DNA of 64,000 nucleotides, taken from positions 95,420,001-95,484,000 of the forward strand of contig CM052816.1 of assembly GCA_028534125.1 (NCBI GenBank), written 5' to 3'. The DNA comes from Lama glama. Its lineage: Eukaryota. A program made the position numbers and the translations under genes. The notes beneath the pieces are model-generated. The model was not told the origin of the DNA, did no database searches, and worked only from the letters and a program-made list of their open reading frames with translations. Shown piece by piece: positions 1 through 12,705 of the stretch. Numbering within the stretch: position 1 is the stretch's first letter; every line of letters starts with the position of its first letter.

Positions 1-759
1 ACAATCAATACCAGCAAAGCTCAATAAAGTGAAGCACAATAAAACAAGGTATGCCTGTACTGAGGACAGATTATCTGGTAACTTTACAAAAATAAAATTT
101 AATACACTGAACACTTTAGAGATCTTTAATATCTAGCAAACACAACATGAAAAGTCAAAATTCATCTGGCAAGTAACCATTTTCTAACAAATCAGTATTG
201 TCTATTATAAATGTGAAACATTCTAAGCACTATACCATCATATATGGTAACATTAGAGGAAAGAAACACGCTATTTTTAAGGAGATGGAAATGTTAACAC
301 TATTTGCAGGTTGGTATTTTAGTAACACTTTAAAAAATTTTTTTTAAATGTTTCTTTCATAACCAGATAAAAACCCAATTGCATTTTTTTTTAATTTAAG
401 ATATTATCTGGAATAGCTCATTTAACAAACAGAAGTTGTTTCCAAGTTTTTTGGTATTTTCACTGTATCATTTTTATCATTAAATCTTTAATCCTCCCTT
501 TCCTTCCAGCATTTTTTCAAGCTAAATTTACATTAATTTTGAAAATTTCAGGAGACTTCCAATTTGGAATTATGCAAAATTAGGCATGAGAAGTTTTAAA
601 ATCCACTTTCATTTCATGACTAATAGTGTCATAAAACAAACGAAAAATAAAGTTTTGTCGAATTATATAAATGATTCATCTTATAAAATGAGTGAGAAAA
701 ATATAGTTATCTCAATATTGGACACAGGTATCTACTTATAAAAATCTAATTTAACAATG

Positions 760-965
760 GAAGTCTGACAGATCTGAGTTTGAATCTTGCCTCTGACATG
801 TTACCTGTATGACCTTGGGTAAGTTACTTAATCATACTAACCCTCAGTTTCCTCATCTGTAAAAAAGGAATACTGCCCACCTAAGTGTTAGGAGAATTAA
901 ATGAGATGTGAATGAAGTGTTTAGTAAAGTACTTGCCATACATCAAGTCCTCAGTGAATGTCAGT
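760..965 (+). mobile_element. MIR SINE
   Basis: MIR core tgaccttgggtaagttacttaa...ccctcagtttcctcatctgtaaaa. Confidence 0.8.
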
Positions 966-1444
966 TACTTCAATAAAGAATAGTGTTCAAGTCAACAAAG
1001 AAATATCATTTATATCTCACATTGATTGTAATTTTACAAGGAAAAAAATGAACTAGAAGCACACTGAAAATACTTCTTTAATGATTCCACATAACTTTGA
1101 GATCCTGCAATTTCTGAATTACCACTATCACACCATAAATGTATGCAAGCACTAAGTGCCCAGGCTCAGAGAACAGGAATTTAATAAAACATAACAGTAC
1201 ATATCAAGTGATAAATAAATGAATGCATGCCTTACTAGAGTAAGTCATTAAAATCTGAATCCGCCCACGTAGATGGAAATTTACACACTAGGGCCATCTG
1301 TCAAAAGAAAGTAATTCCTAACCTCCTCAGCAGCTTCACTTTATTATTTTTTCCAAAGGAGTGTCTGTTGGCGATTATCTTCACTCACGGTATATAATAA
1401 AAACAACTGAGACATAATGAAAGGAAAACTATTTGTTATCCGAA

Positions 1445-1640
1445 TACCCAGGTTCAAATCTGTCTTTTACTCGGGTGTGAAACTTGGACAAGCCATTGAA
1501 ATAACTAAGCCTGAACTTCCACATCTGTAAAATAATACCCACCTATTCCATAGGGCTTTTAGTAAGGTCAAGGTGAAGACATGTAAATATGCTTTGTGAA
1601 CTGTCAAGTATAACATGCAAATGCCATTACAGCTGGTTAT
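1445..1640 (+). mobile_element. MIR SINE (degraded)
   Basis: ccaggttcaaatc...aagcctgaacttccacatctgtaaaataata core. Confidence 0.65.
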
Positions 1641-2279
1641 TATAGAAGGCAAAACTTCTTCAAAAAAATAATTGATTCTTTCCACTCATTATATATATAC
1701 ACATCAAATTTTTTATCACTCGTTATTACATGCCACGACAGTCCCCAATTGTCTTCATCTAAAAATCACCACAATCACAACGCATAAGGCTGAAAGACGC
1801 TTATCATATCCCCACATAATATACCCAAAGCATAAACGTATCTTCACTGATAACCAAACACATCAAGAAACAGAATAGTAATTTCCTCTACAGACTTACT
1901 AAATTAAGCGGCAGTCTCTAAAAAGATAAAACTGCTTAAAAACAACCCAACTACCTCCACTGGATAAGCAAATGCATTTCAATAGTCATAGATGTTCAGT
2001 TATGTATTAAAGTATATATTCAGTTTACAAGAGCTTGTTTCAAAACAGCCATATCCAAAACATAACGCACTCAAAGAACAAAACAAACACACAAAACTCT
2101 GCTTTTTATTGTCAGGGATTAAGCACAAAATAAACCACTAGAGCAAAACAAAAGAATTCTAAAGAGCCTCCCTTCTTCGAATAACCTCGTTGGATCTTCC
2201 TCTTCCTCGTTCAGTAAATAAATTATTTTGGGGCACGCAAGCAGAGGGCAAGTTTTTAAACAGGGGTCAGTTCACTCCA

Positions 2280-3540
2280 CTCGGTCGTCACCTGGCGGGG
2301 TATTTTTCGCGAAGTTTAAGAGTCAACAAAGAAGTTTTGTCGTGAAATCGTAGGGCCTGGGTAGCGATGGGCAAAACGACATACAGACAGACAAAACCGA
2401 GTGGGGGAAGGGTGGGGAAAACGCCCCCAGACTTCGTGCAGCTACGACGGCACCGTCCCCCTCCCCGGGACTGGCGGGATGGAGGGGGCGGGGAGCCCCG
2501 CCGGCCGCGGCCACCGCAGCCCCTGCCGCCCCCTGCCCAACGCGCGCGCGGGCGGGAAACGGCGCGGGGTGCCGAGGGGTCACCTTCTGCTCCCCGCCGC
2601 CCCTCGCGCCGGCGGCTCGGGGGGCAAACGGCCCGGGAGCCGACCCCGCCGCGATCCCCCCCCGCCGCCGAGTCCCGCCGCTGTCACCGCGCGCCCCCGC
2701 ACCGAGCAGGGGCGCCCCCGCCGCACCACCCCGGCTCCGCCGCCCGCCTCGAGCGCCGCGGACCCGGCGCGGGCCCGGCCCGAACCCCGGCGCCGGAGCA
2801 AGGGCGCGGGCGCCGCCGACTTACCTTCCTCGGCGGTGTCCATCTTGTCTGGGGGGGCGGCGGTGACGCAGCCGCGAGGCTCCCGCGGCCGGAGCCGGAG
2901 CCTTCCGGCCGGGGCGGGGAGGGAGGGAGGGAAGGGGAGGAGGGAGGAGGGAGCGGAGCCGGGCCCAGGCAGGTGCGTGAGCTCAGGTGCGAGAGAGGAA
3001 GCGACAGGAAGGAGAGAGGGGGAGAGGGAGAGGGAGAGAGGCTGACAGAAAGCGGGCGGGGGGAGGGGCGGGGAGAGCGGTGGGGAGAGGCCTGGGCGGG
3101 GCGCGGAGGCGGAAGGGGTGGAACGACCCAACGACAGGTGCCGTCACTTCCGGCAGCGGCAGCGGCGCGCACGCTCAGGAGTCGGCGCCCGCGGGGGGCG
3201 GTGTGGGCCCTTCCTGGAACCCGGGTGGGTACCCCTGTGGACGTCGCGCCACCTGGACCTTGTCCCGAGGGCTGCACGAGGCAGCGAGGCTGAAACCTTA
3301 GTAGGAGCTGAACTCTGGTGATACCGAGGGAGGCCAGAAAGAAGGCTCAGAGCCGAGGGAGGCGAGCAGCGTGAGCGAGCGCCTGACGGCGGGGCGGCGG
3401 TGCACTGCAAAGGCGGGTCTCAGGGCCGAAGAATTACCTGGGCGCCTGTGAAAATACGAGTTCTGCACCCACCTCCCCCCGCCCCGACATTCCGTGGCCG
3501 CGTGTCGAGGAATGTGCATTTTTGTTCTGCACGCGGGCAG
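2280..3540. promoter_or_regulatory. CpG island promoter and 5'UTR of MARCHF6
   Basis: Very GC- and CpG-dense; GC boxes (GGGGCGGG near 3066 and 3096); ETS/half-CRE composite CGTCACTTCCGG at 3142-3153; spans exon 1. Confidence 0.9.
2825..2843 (-). CDS. MARCHF6: MARCHF6 (MARCH6/TEB4) E3 ubiquitin ligase, first coding exon (19 nt; rest of gene lies left of the window)
   Basis: Minus strand reads AAG ATG GAC ACC GCC GAG GAA G|GTAAG = MDTAEE plus a phase-1 donor. This matches the recalled MARCHF6 N-terminus MDTAEEDICRVC. Good Kozak context (A at -3, G at +4), inside a CpG island, and head-to-head with CMBL as in human 5p15.2. Confidence 0.93.
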
Positions 3541-5599
3541 TTGTGATGCACATTTTGAGAAAGGACTAATTTATCACTGAAATTGAAAAGGCAAGCCCTA
3601 ACTTTACCAAAATTACACCTAGGGAGACTTACGCAGTTGGTTGGAAGGACTACTTCAGTAAACTGCTTAGGCTGGAGGTTGAAACATCCGCCTCTACGGG
3701 AAATCGGTTCGGAAATCGGTTCAGATACTGACACGGGTTGATACACTGAGTTACAGACGCTTACCTGGCCAAAGCTGAATTGCCTTGGCCTGATGAGAGC
3801 TCTGCCTCCATCAGTACACCACCTTTCCTCACCATCATCCCTGGCTTTTTCTCTAAATGAACTGTTTAATACAGGCCAGAAGGCCGCCACTTTAGAATCG
3901 CCTGAGTAGAATTTAAGATGTCTCTAATCCCAATGACAGATTTTAAAGAATATGCAGATGACTTGCAGAAATAGATTCAAGAATGCTAGCGATCTTTTTT
4001 CCATCTGTGTGAGTGAAGGAATTGGGAAGAACAACTCCCCCAAGCCTCGTCAATCTAGAAAGAGACAAAAATACTGGCATGGAATACTCCAGAAAGAGAG
4101 CAGCCCTTGAAGACTAATGTGAGTCATTTGACCAATATCACTCCTGTTACCCAAGACAGGAAAGAATTCAAATTCTTGTCATAATAACGGAAACCCATGG
4201 ATGTCTAGCGATGACCTTGAGAACTGAGCGTATTTACGCTTTTCCTCAAGTATGTTTATATTATCTCCCAAGAAATTGAATCTGAAGGAGGCTCACTCTC
4301 TGAACCCCATCCCTTCCACTCAGCAGGACACCACTCAAATCCCCCGTAAGGCCTGTGGCAGACCACTTCTCACTAAGCTCAGACCAGGGGCACAGTTTTC
4401 AGGACCACCAAACTCACTCTTAGGTGTCGTACAGCAAAAGGGAGGATTCTGAGAGAGGTAGACTTTGAGATTTGCAGAAGGGAGTGCTAGTTGAATTTCA
4501 GGGCAGGTATGCGAGCCTCCAGGCAGTAGAACTGGGCTAGGATTGGAGGGATGTGGTGTATGTGGTGGGGGTGGAGGACTCCATCTTTTTCTCTTCACGT
4601 GTCTTCCCTTGTGATGCTCAAAGGAATGTTACTTCTAGAATTGAGATTTGCCGCACCTTTTTTTCATTTCAGCCTTTGGAGGTTAAATATGAGTAATCAA
4701 CCAACATTTATTGAGTCCCTGCTATGTGTCAGGCCTTAGTCCTCCCAACAAGCCCTTTGAGATGCATAAGTCAGTCAGACCTCTCTTGGTTACGAAGACA
4801 GGAACCCAACTAAGGTGGTAGGCAAAAGGGAGTAATATACAGTTGACATGAACAAACTGTGACAAGGGTGGTGGTCCAGTGGACCTCAGGGATTGCTAGA
4901 ACCAGAGTCCCCTGTCTGCCCACATCCTTCAGCTCTGCTTTTCCCTGCCCATCAGTTTCATTCTGTCAGACCAGCTTCTTCCACATGGCTGGAGACAAGG
5001 CCACTAATAGCTCCCAAGGTTATATCTTCAGCTTCATCATCAGGCAGACTGAGGGTGATGATCTCTGGCCTCAAGTTAACAATTTATAAGGAAGAATGGT
5101 TAATTGGTCCAGATAGGTGCCTGTCCCTAAACCAAATGACTATGCTGAAGAATCAGGATCTGTAAGAACATGTACACTGCCATTAAAGTACACTATTGAA
5201 GTGCAGAAAGAACATCTTCCACAGGCACCAGGAGGACAAAACAATAGATATGCATTATGATTAGAATTCTCATTAATTTCAAACAAGGACACCAAGATTG
5301 TCAAGAAATATTTTCGTTTGCCTCACTTTTATCCAAGGAAACCTATGTTAGAATTCCTACATAATTTCAATCTGAGAAAAAGTTATTTGGGTCAAAAGAA
5401 ACATTTAAAGGTATAGCACACATGTGGTTCCAGTGTCTGTGTGTGTGTGTTTATTGTGCCAAGAGGGTACAATAGTTTAGTAATTCTGAGTTTCCATATA
5501 GCAATAATATGAGCAACAGGAGATGTGTAGGAGGACACACTATAATTTTCTGAGCACTAAGTTTAACAATAACAATAATTAACCCAAATCCCTATGACA

Positions 5600-5780
5600 T
5601 CCAGTGAACATTAATAGCAATCTTGTGAAGTAAATACTATACCCATTTTACAGATGAGGCATCTGAAACTCACAGCTGATAAGTAACTTGCTTTTGGCCA
5701 TTTGTAGAAGAGGAACTAAATTAGAGCACAAGTCTGTCCGACTCCAGGCCTCCAAGTTTTAAACCTCACCTGTTTGCCAT
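5600..5780 (-). mobile_element. MIR SINE
   Basis: Reverse MIR core cccattttacagatgaggcatctgaaactca...aagtaacttg. Confidence 0.7.
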
Positions 5781-6139
5781 TAGCAGCCACACTATTAACA
5801 TTACCATTAAACCTTCAACTTTTTACTGTGAGCTTTGTTTATGCAGAAACCCATGACTTTGGAACAGATACACAAAATTGCTGTGGACCAAGTATAAATA
5901 TGATAATTAGGCAAAGTGCCTTACTGTAAGCGTAACATTATTAATGTTAACAAATTATTGAAGGCAGTTTATGGCATTATCTTAACACTAAACTCTTCCC
6001 TGCATATCCCCCCTTCCCTCTCATCTTCCCTTCCCTTCCACTTCTCTATTCCATTTCTCTTGTGTTCCTGTGGTGAGGCAACAGTAATGTGGGCAAGAAC
6101 ATGGGGGCTGAAGGGAGAGGCATGCATGTGGCAGAGAGA

Positions 6140-8110
6140 GTAGACTGGTGTGGTTGGACAATTGATTATGTTGAAGAATGATGATCAGATTTCCCACTGT
6201 TGGAGAAAATACTAACATGGAAAGGGGAGAGGCTAGAAAGAACCCTGAGGTGTTTGATTGGAAATATAGGTATCATTATGAACTCATTTTTTAAAGTATA
6301 AACAGAAATAAAAATATATACAGTTGACCCACGAACAATGCAGGGGTTAGGGGCAGCTGGAAATCCGAGTACAACTTTATAATCGGCCCTCCTATCTACA
6401 GTTCGACATCCTTAGATTCAACCAACCTCAGACCATGTAGTACTGTAGTACCTATTTATTGAAAAAATGTCAAGTATAAGTGGGCCCATGCAGTTCAAAC
6501 CCATGTCATTCAAGTGTCAATTTTATATATATACACATATATAATATATATACCTATATATAATATATATCATATTAAATGTATATACTAGGAAATATGT
6601 ATTTGTTATATATTTTTTTTTCTTGTTTTTTACTCTGAAAGATCCCAAGAGGAGCTACGTGCAGTGATACCCCAGTAGCTCTGAGCATACTGAATACACA
6701 GATTTTGGTTTCTAATTCCATGCTCCACTGAAAGGAGCCAAGACTGTTTGATACCATAATGATAGACATATGTCATTATACATTTGTATACAAATCCACA
6801 GAATGAACAACACCAAATGAACTGTAATGCAAACTATGGACTTCAGGTGATTATGAGGTGTCAATTCTATCAGTTGTAACAAAGGTACCATGGGGGGATG
6901 TTGACAGTGGGGGAGGCTGTGCAGGAGTATATGGAAATATTTGTCCCTTCCTCTCACTTTTGCCCCGAATCTTAAACTGCTCTAAAAAGAAGTTCAATAT
7001 TTTTCAAAAATTACTTATAAGAGGGGGAAAAAAAGAGGAACCAAGATTCTCTGAAGAAATGTCAGATTTTAGAGCTGGAGTGGGAAAACTACAAGATGAG
7101 CCTAGAACGTCTTGTGCTGGAAATTAAGAAAGTGCTCAAAAAACAATAGAGCCATGTTACAAGGATAAAGAAACTGGCTCATGGGACTCCCATTGGCCAA
7201 AGTGGGGACAATTTGAGCATCAAAATAAGTATTTACAGTAACAGATTACAATCTATTGAATAAAAGAGGAATCCATGAGCTCATCATGACATAAATCAGT
7301 AGGGAGAAAGAAAAGCTCTTCCTTTGCAGTATAACGCCAACCAATAAATGTAAAAGGAATGATATGAGCAGAAAATCACTTACCAACCTGGTAGTGGTTC
7401 AGACTGCAGTTGTCAGTGGAGGCTAAGAATGGGTGTAGTTTCGAGGAGGAACCAGATTTTAGCGTAACATTGGAGCATTGTCCAACAATCAGGAAGGAAA
7501 ATAGTAACTTTACAGTGAAGACATCAACATGACTAGATAACCAAGGTCAGCATTACTGGTGATGGGACAGACTGACATATTAAGAGAAATCAAAGTCTGT
7601 CAGAAATGCATGCCTGAGTCTGGGCATGAAGAAATATCAAATGGAATCACGTTGAGTGACAGCCTACAAAATACAAGGTCTGTGTGCTTTCAAATTCTCA
7701 AGGGCATGATAGACAGAATGACTAGGGAACATTCCAGACTGGAAGAGGCCGAAGAGACCTGATAACTAAATGCAATGTATGAAGGAATCCTGGACCTGAG
7801 AACTAAAAAAGACATTTTTGGCAAAATTGAAATTTGGATAGGTTCTTTGAATGGTAGGCTTGAATCTGTTGATTCCTGAGATTTCTTTGGAGGTCCTTAT
7901 TTAGGGAAATACACACAGGAGTATTTAGGGGTGATATAGGATCAGGTCTGAAGCTCGTAGTCAAATGGTTCAGGAAAAAACGTGTGTGTGTGTGTGAATG
8001 ACTGAGAGAGAGATGTTTAAAGCTGGTGAAACTGGGTGAAGACAATATGGGAGGGTTTTTTGTACTATACTTGCAACTTTTTCATGAGTTTGAAATTCTT
8101 CTGAAATCAT
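6140..8110 (+). mobile_element. Old L1 (L1MC/MD-like) 3' region with nested inserts
   Basis: Characteristic old-L1 3'UTR segments (gggactcccattggccaaagtggggacaatttgagcatcaaaata; tttgtactatacttgcaactttttcatgagtttgaaatt). Boundaries approximate. Confidence 0.6.
6321..6522 (-). mobile_element. Tigger2a-like non-autonomous DNA transposon
   Basis: TA-flanked terminal inverted repeat cagttgaccc...aac at the left and ttcaagtgtcaa at the right; internal gtgggcccatgcagttcaaacccatg. Confidence 0.7.
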
Positions 8111-8935
8111 TTCTTTTTTAGTTAAAATTGCTAAGTGCTGACGGAACTCTAAGGCAGTGGTTCTCAAATTGGGGGAATCTCGGTCAAAAATACCTTTGAC
8201 AATCTGATAAAATCTATCGAATTTTTTTCCCCAGAAAAATTGCATAAACACAGAATGTTGCATACAGTTTCCAGGACCTCATGGATGCCTTCAAGGCCAC
8301 ACACAAACCTCAGAGTAAAAGAGCTTCTCTTTTAAAATACTGAGAAAAATGATGTTCACTTCCCTTAAGCACATAGCAGACTACATTTTTTCAAACAGCA
8401 GTTGAAAATACTTGATAAAATATTAAAAAAGTATTTTTTAAACCACTGAAGAGTTGACAAAAATAGTAAAGCAACTACCAGGCCGAATCTAAGGACAGGT
8501 TGTAAGTGGAACATGGCAGTCACTTTTGCTCTGCTGATACAGGCAAACTTTGAACTTGTGTTTTGACAGTTTCCGGTGGCAAGAAGAATAAGTGTCACTG
8601 CCCAGAGCATGCCCAAGGTGAAAGATCTGCTAAGAGCCCTTCCATCAGGATCCTCCTCCAAGGCCCACAAGGCTGCTAGCTTAGAGGAAATAGCGAACCA
8701 AAAGTAAATCTGACCCCAAAACGTCTAGGAAAAATTGTTTCTGCTGAGCCTTGTTAAATTGTACCCACGAACCAACCCTGGCATGGACTGCACCTCAAAC
8801 TCGTGACACTCCAGTGACCCAGTAATCTCAAGGAGTAAACTTAGTTGAAAAGGATCTTGAACTGCTGGGACCCCTAAGTACCTGGCAAAGGCAAACGTCA
8901 ATTATCTCCAGAGGAATGCACTTACTCCGTAGCCA

Positions 8936-9313
8936 CCTTAGTCTTGTAGGGCTGGCATAAAAGCAGACCACAGACTGGATGGCTTAAACAACAGACACTT
9001 ATCTCTCACAGTTATGGAGGCTAGAAGTCCAAGAGCAAGGTGCCATAAGGGTTGGTTGCTCCTGAGGCCTCTTTTCTAGACCTGTGGATGGCCGCCTTCC
9101 CTCTGCGTCCTCACATGGCCTTGTCTGTGTTTGTGCATGCCTGGTGTCTCTTTCTCTTCCTCTTAGGACACCAGTCCTATTGGATGAGGGCCCTACCCTT
9201 ATGACCTCATTTAACCTTAATTACATTTTTAAAGGTTCCATCTCCAAACACAGTCACACTGAGGGCTAGGGCTTCAGCAAATGAACTTTAGGGGGTCAGT
9301 TCAGTCCATGACA
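8936..9313 (-). mobile_element. MaLR solo LTR (MLT1A-like)
   Basis: accacagactggatggcttaaacaacag...ggaggctagaagtccaag...ttcagtccatgaca. Confidence 0.75.
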
Positions 9314-10161
9314 CTAGCCCTCAAAGAATTTCCACAAATAAATTTACAAGGATGATGAGCTGCACATTAAGCATAATCAAATACATATATAAACAAGGAC
9401 TAACAAACAGATAACAGAAACCGGCCCACAAAGACTTCAGATACGGATATTACCAGACCGAGATTACAAAGAAATTATACTTACTGGGATCTTTTTTTTT
9501 AAGTGATGAAACAATTTAAAAATATCCATTTTATGCCAGAATTACATCTTTGCTGCTATTTAAACATACCATAAAATAGTTTATTTATCAAGAAATGAAG
9601 GTGTACCTAATTTTTTAGGATGTGCAGAAGCAAAATCTTTAGAGAATGTTGCACTTGAGTATGAATGAGGCCACACCTGTCCTGGTGCATTTGGAAGTCT
9701 GTGGCCTTGAGTCTTCAGCAGCAGTGGCCACCTTTCATTTACCAAAGTTTCCCTTAGGCCAACACGGGCCTGGACAGGTAGCAGTATGTCAGTAAGTATC
9801 GGCTGAATAAACAAATACTTTTCCCAGAGATACTTTTTGCTGCTGAAATAGCACCCTGTGTATGAGTGCCTTTCTTAGGAAGAGACACATTCAGGTGGCA
9901 ACTGAAATATCAATTGAGCAACAGTGATACACGACGTTTGATGTGTCTGAACTGTTATATCTGCACTTCTCCTTGTAATGACTTTAACTTCAATACTATG
10001 GGCAGATATTCTCAACAAAGAAGTACGTTGAGTCAAATCAAATCATCAAACCAAAGTTCCAAGTGTTTCTTATTCCTAATATATTCAGATACAATATTCA
10101 CAGAAAAATTACTTGAAATTTAAGCCAAACTGTTTCTGAGATGAAGGCCTTCAAGACCACA

Positions 10162-10426
10162 ATTTTTAAAAAAATTTTTTTATTAAAATATAGTTGATTT
10201 CCAACCGTATACAGCAAAGTGATTCAGTTATACGTATACATACATTTTTTTTCAGATTCTTTTCCATTATAGGTTATTGCAAGAAATTCAAAGCAGTTCC
10301 CTGTGCTGTACAGTAGGTTCTTGTTGTTTATCTGTTTTATATATAGTAGTGTGTATCTGTTAATCCCAGACTCCTAATTTATCCCTTCCCCCCTCTCCCT
10401 TTGGTAACCACAGTTTGTTTTCTATG
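10162..10426 (-). mobile_element. 5'-truncated L1 3' end with 11-bp target-site duplication
   Basis: L1 3'UTR (ttccctgtgctgtacagtaggttcttgttgtttatc); TSD tcaagaccaca at 10151-10161 and 10427-10437. Confidence 0.85.
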
Positions 10427-10439
10427 TCAAGACCACAGT

Positions 10440-11250
10440 CTTTTTTTCCCTGAAAACTTTATTATGAATGTTTTCAAATATTCAGAAAAGATGACGGGAT
10501 AGTACAATGAACATCTATACGCCCTCAACCTAGATTCAATGATTATTAACATTTACCCATATGTATTTTAACTATAGTTTTTATTTCTTTTTCTTCTGTG
10601 TCTTTTGAAAGTATGTGTCTGAACAATTTTCCCCCAAGCACTTTAGCATGTACCTCCTAAAGTTAGAATAATGTCCTTTAAAACCATTACCACACCATAA
10701 TAATATCTAGAATCTAAAGTTTTTGTAATTGTCCCAAGAAGGTCTTTTATAGCTTTGTTTTGAGTTTGTTTGAACAAGCATCCGATTGATCTTCGTGCCT
10801 TGCCACTGATTCAAGCCTATCTAGTCTCCCTTAACCTAAAACAGTCTTTGTGCCTCTCATTTTCCGAAGACAATGCCTGTCGGCGGATCACAGGACAGTT
10901 TGTTTTATACAATATCTTTCATTCTAAATTTGTCTGATTGATTCCTCCTGCTGACATTTAACTGTTCCTTTAGCCCCTGTATTTCCTGTAAACTGAAAGT
11001 TAGCCTAGAGGCTTGATACGATTCAAGCTAAACATTTTTTTAGCAAGAATATTTCATCGATGTTGTGTTTTTCATGTGGTAGCCCATCAGGAGGCCAGAA
11101 TGCCAGGTTGGACCACGATGATCGTTGCTGAGTTTGATCACTCGGTTAAAGTGATGGCTGCAGATTCTCAGCATTTATTAATAATCTGTGGAGTAACACA
11201 TGAAAGCCACAGTCCTTCATATTCTCTCATTCGTATCTTTTCCATTAAGT
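10440..11250 (-). mobile_element. Old L1 (L1ME/MC-like) 3' fragment
   Basis: tttcctgtaaactgaaagttag...cttgatacgattcaagctaaacatttttttagcaagaata motif typical of old L1 3'UTRs. Confidence 0.55.
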
Positions 11251-12529
11251 AGGACAGCCAAATTTTAAAATTATTCTTAAATTTGAAAGTGCCTGTTATC
11301 ATTAAAAAACATTCCTGTTGATACTCATAATGACAAGTGTATTTTACAAAAACTTTTCAGCCTTTTATGACAAACTTCTCCTGTAATTTTTCCAATGAAA
11401 TAAAACCTTGTTCTGTTTGTGTCATTCTCCTAATTCTTGCCCCCAGAAAAGGAAGAAAGAAAGAGAGAGACAGGTAAATCATAGTTGACCCCCTTCAGAT
11501 CTTCCCGGGTGACGGTGTCCTGACTGTCTGTCCATGTGATGTAAGCTGGGCCTTGAGCGTTCCTTCTGAAGAGACAAAGGAAGAAGAAGAGAAGCTGAGC
11601 TTGAGCCACACACAATCATATTGAGTTGCCACATTTCTGACCTCATTACTCAATGAAGCAGATGAAGGAGATGCTTTATTTGGTGCCACATACACAAAAG
11701 CTCACCCACATGCCCCTTAACTATTATAAAAGAGCAGGATGTGGGGAGGGCCTCAGAGGACTCGGCACAACGGAGGATTCTGTGCTCTCTGCTGCAACGT
11801 GAAGCCAGTCAGCAAGTCCTGGGCAAACACGCTCGAGTCCGCAGGTGAGCTGGTACCTAATAGACCAGAGCCCTTTAGAGTCAGCAGTTGGCACAAGCTC
11901 TGAGGTGGCAAATGGGGTCAGAAAGGAGGCATAATCTGACATTTCCTCGTTCTGCCAACGCAGAAGACACAGTGCAAACACATGCGTGTACATTTCCTTT
12001 TCAGTAGGTCTCCCTTCCAAAGCAAAGTGTGACTTATGAATTGTAAAGCATTGCAGGCCAGTGGGGAAATACTGGTATTCTCTACTATAGGATTTCTGGG
12101 TGCCTTTAAGCTATTAAATTGTACTGAGGATCCTCAGAGGGGAATATGGTTGTCAGGGCTGTCTGCCTGGCCTTGGCCACTGAACCCTTTTCTAAGAGGC
12201 CATCTCACACAGCTAGAGTGCCTGAGCATGCACTCTGCAAATTGCTGAGCCATACAAGCCCCAAGGACCTCAAGGACCCCAAGGATACATGGACCAAGAG
12301 GTCTACCCTTGAGAGTAGAAAAGCATCTAAGTTAACCATGGAAACTTCCACATCCAGAGGATCCTTTAGACCAGGAATTTCTTAAATATCCCAGGCTATG
12401 TCAGATTACCACAGGCTAGCAATAAATCCCATCTCTAAGGGTGGTTGGATGTGGGTTGTTCCATGTGAATTCATGGGTTCAACTCCAGAACATCTTGGGA
12501 GCTCCATGGCAGTCAACAAGCATTTTCAA

Positions 12530-12649
12530 GGGAGGAAGGCATAGTTCAGTGGTACAGTGTGGGCATAGCATGCATGAGGTCCAGGGTTCAATCCTCAATA
12601 CCTCTACTTAATAAATAAATAAACGTAATTACCACCCCCCAAACAAAAA
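12530..12649 (+). mobile_element. Camelid-type tRNA-Ala-derived SINE
   Basis: Degenerate tRNA-Ala head with A/B boxes, (AAAT)n tail, and 14-bp TSD aacaagcattttca at 12515-12528 and 12650-12663. Confidence 0.85.
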
Positions 12650-12705
12650 AACAAGCATTTTCAGGAATGAACTATGAACTTCTTAATGTTACTGTCTTGG
12701 GAGAT

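Noticed and set aside
2323..3519. Long overlapping ORFs (up to 308 aa) over the MARCHF6 island
   Set aside because: Low-complexity Arg/Gly/Pro/Ala products expected from stop-poor GC-rich DNA; only the 19-nt MDTAEE exon has splice and homology support.
3699..3722. Exact 12-bp tandem duplication ggaaatcggttc x2
   Set aside because: Real but most simply a slippage duplication; no further structure.
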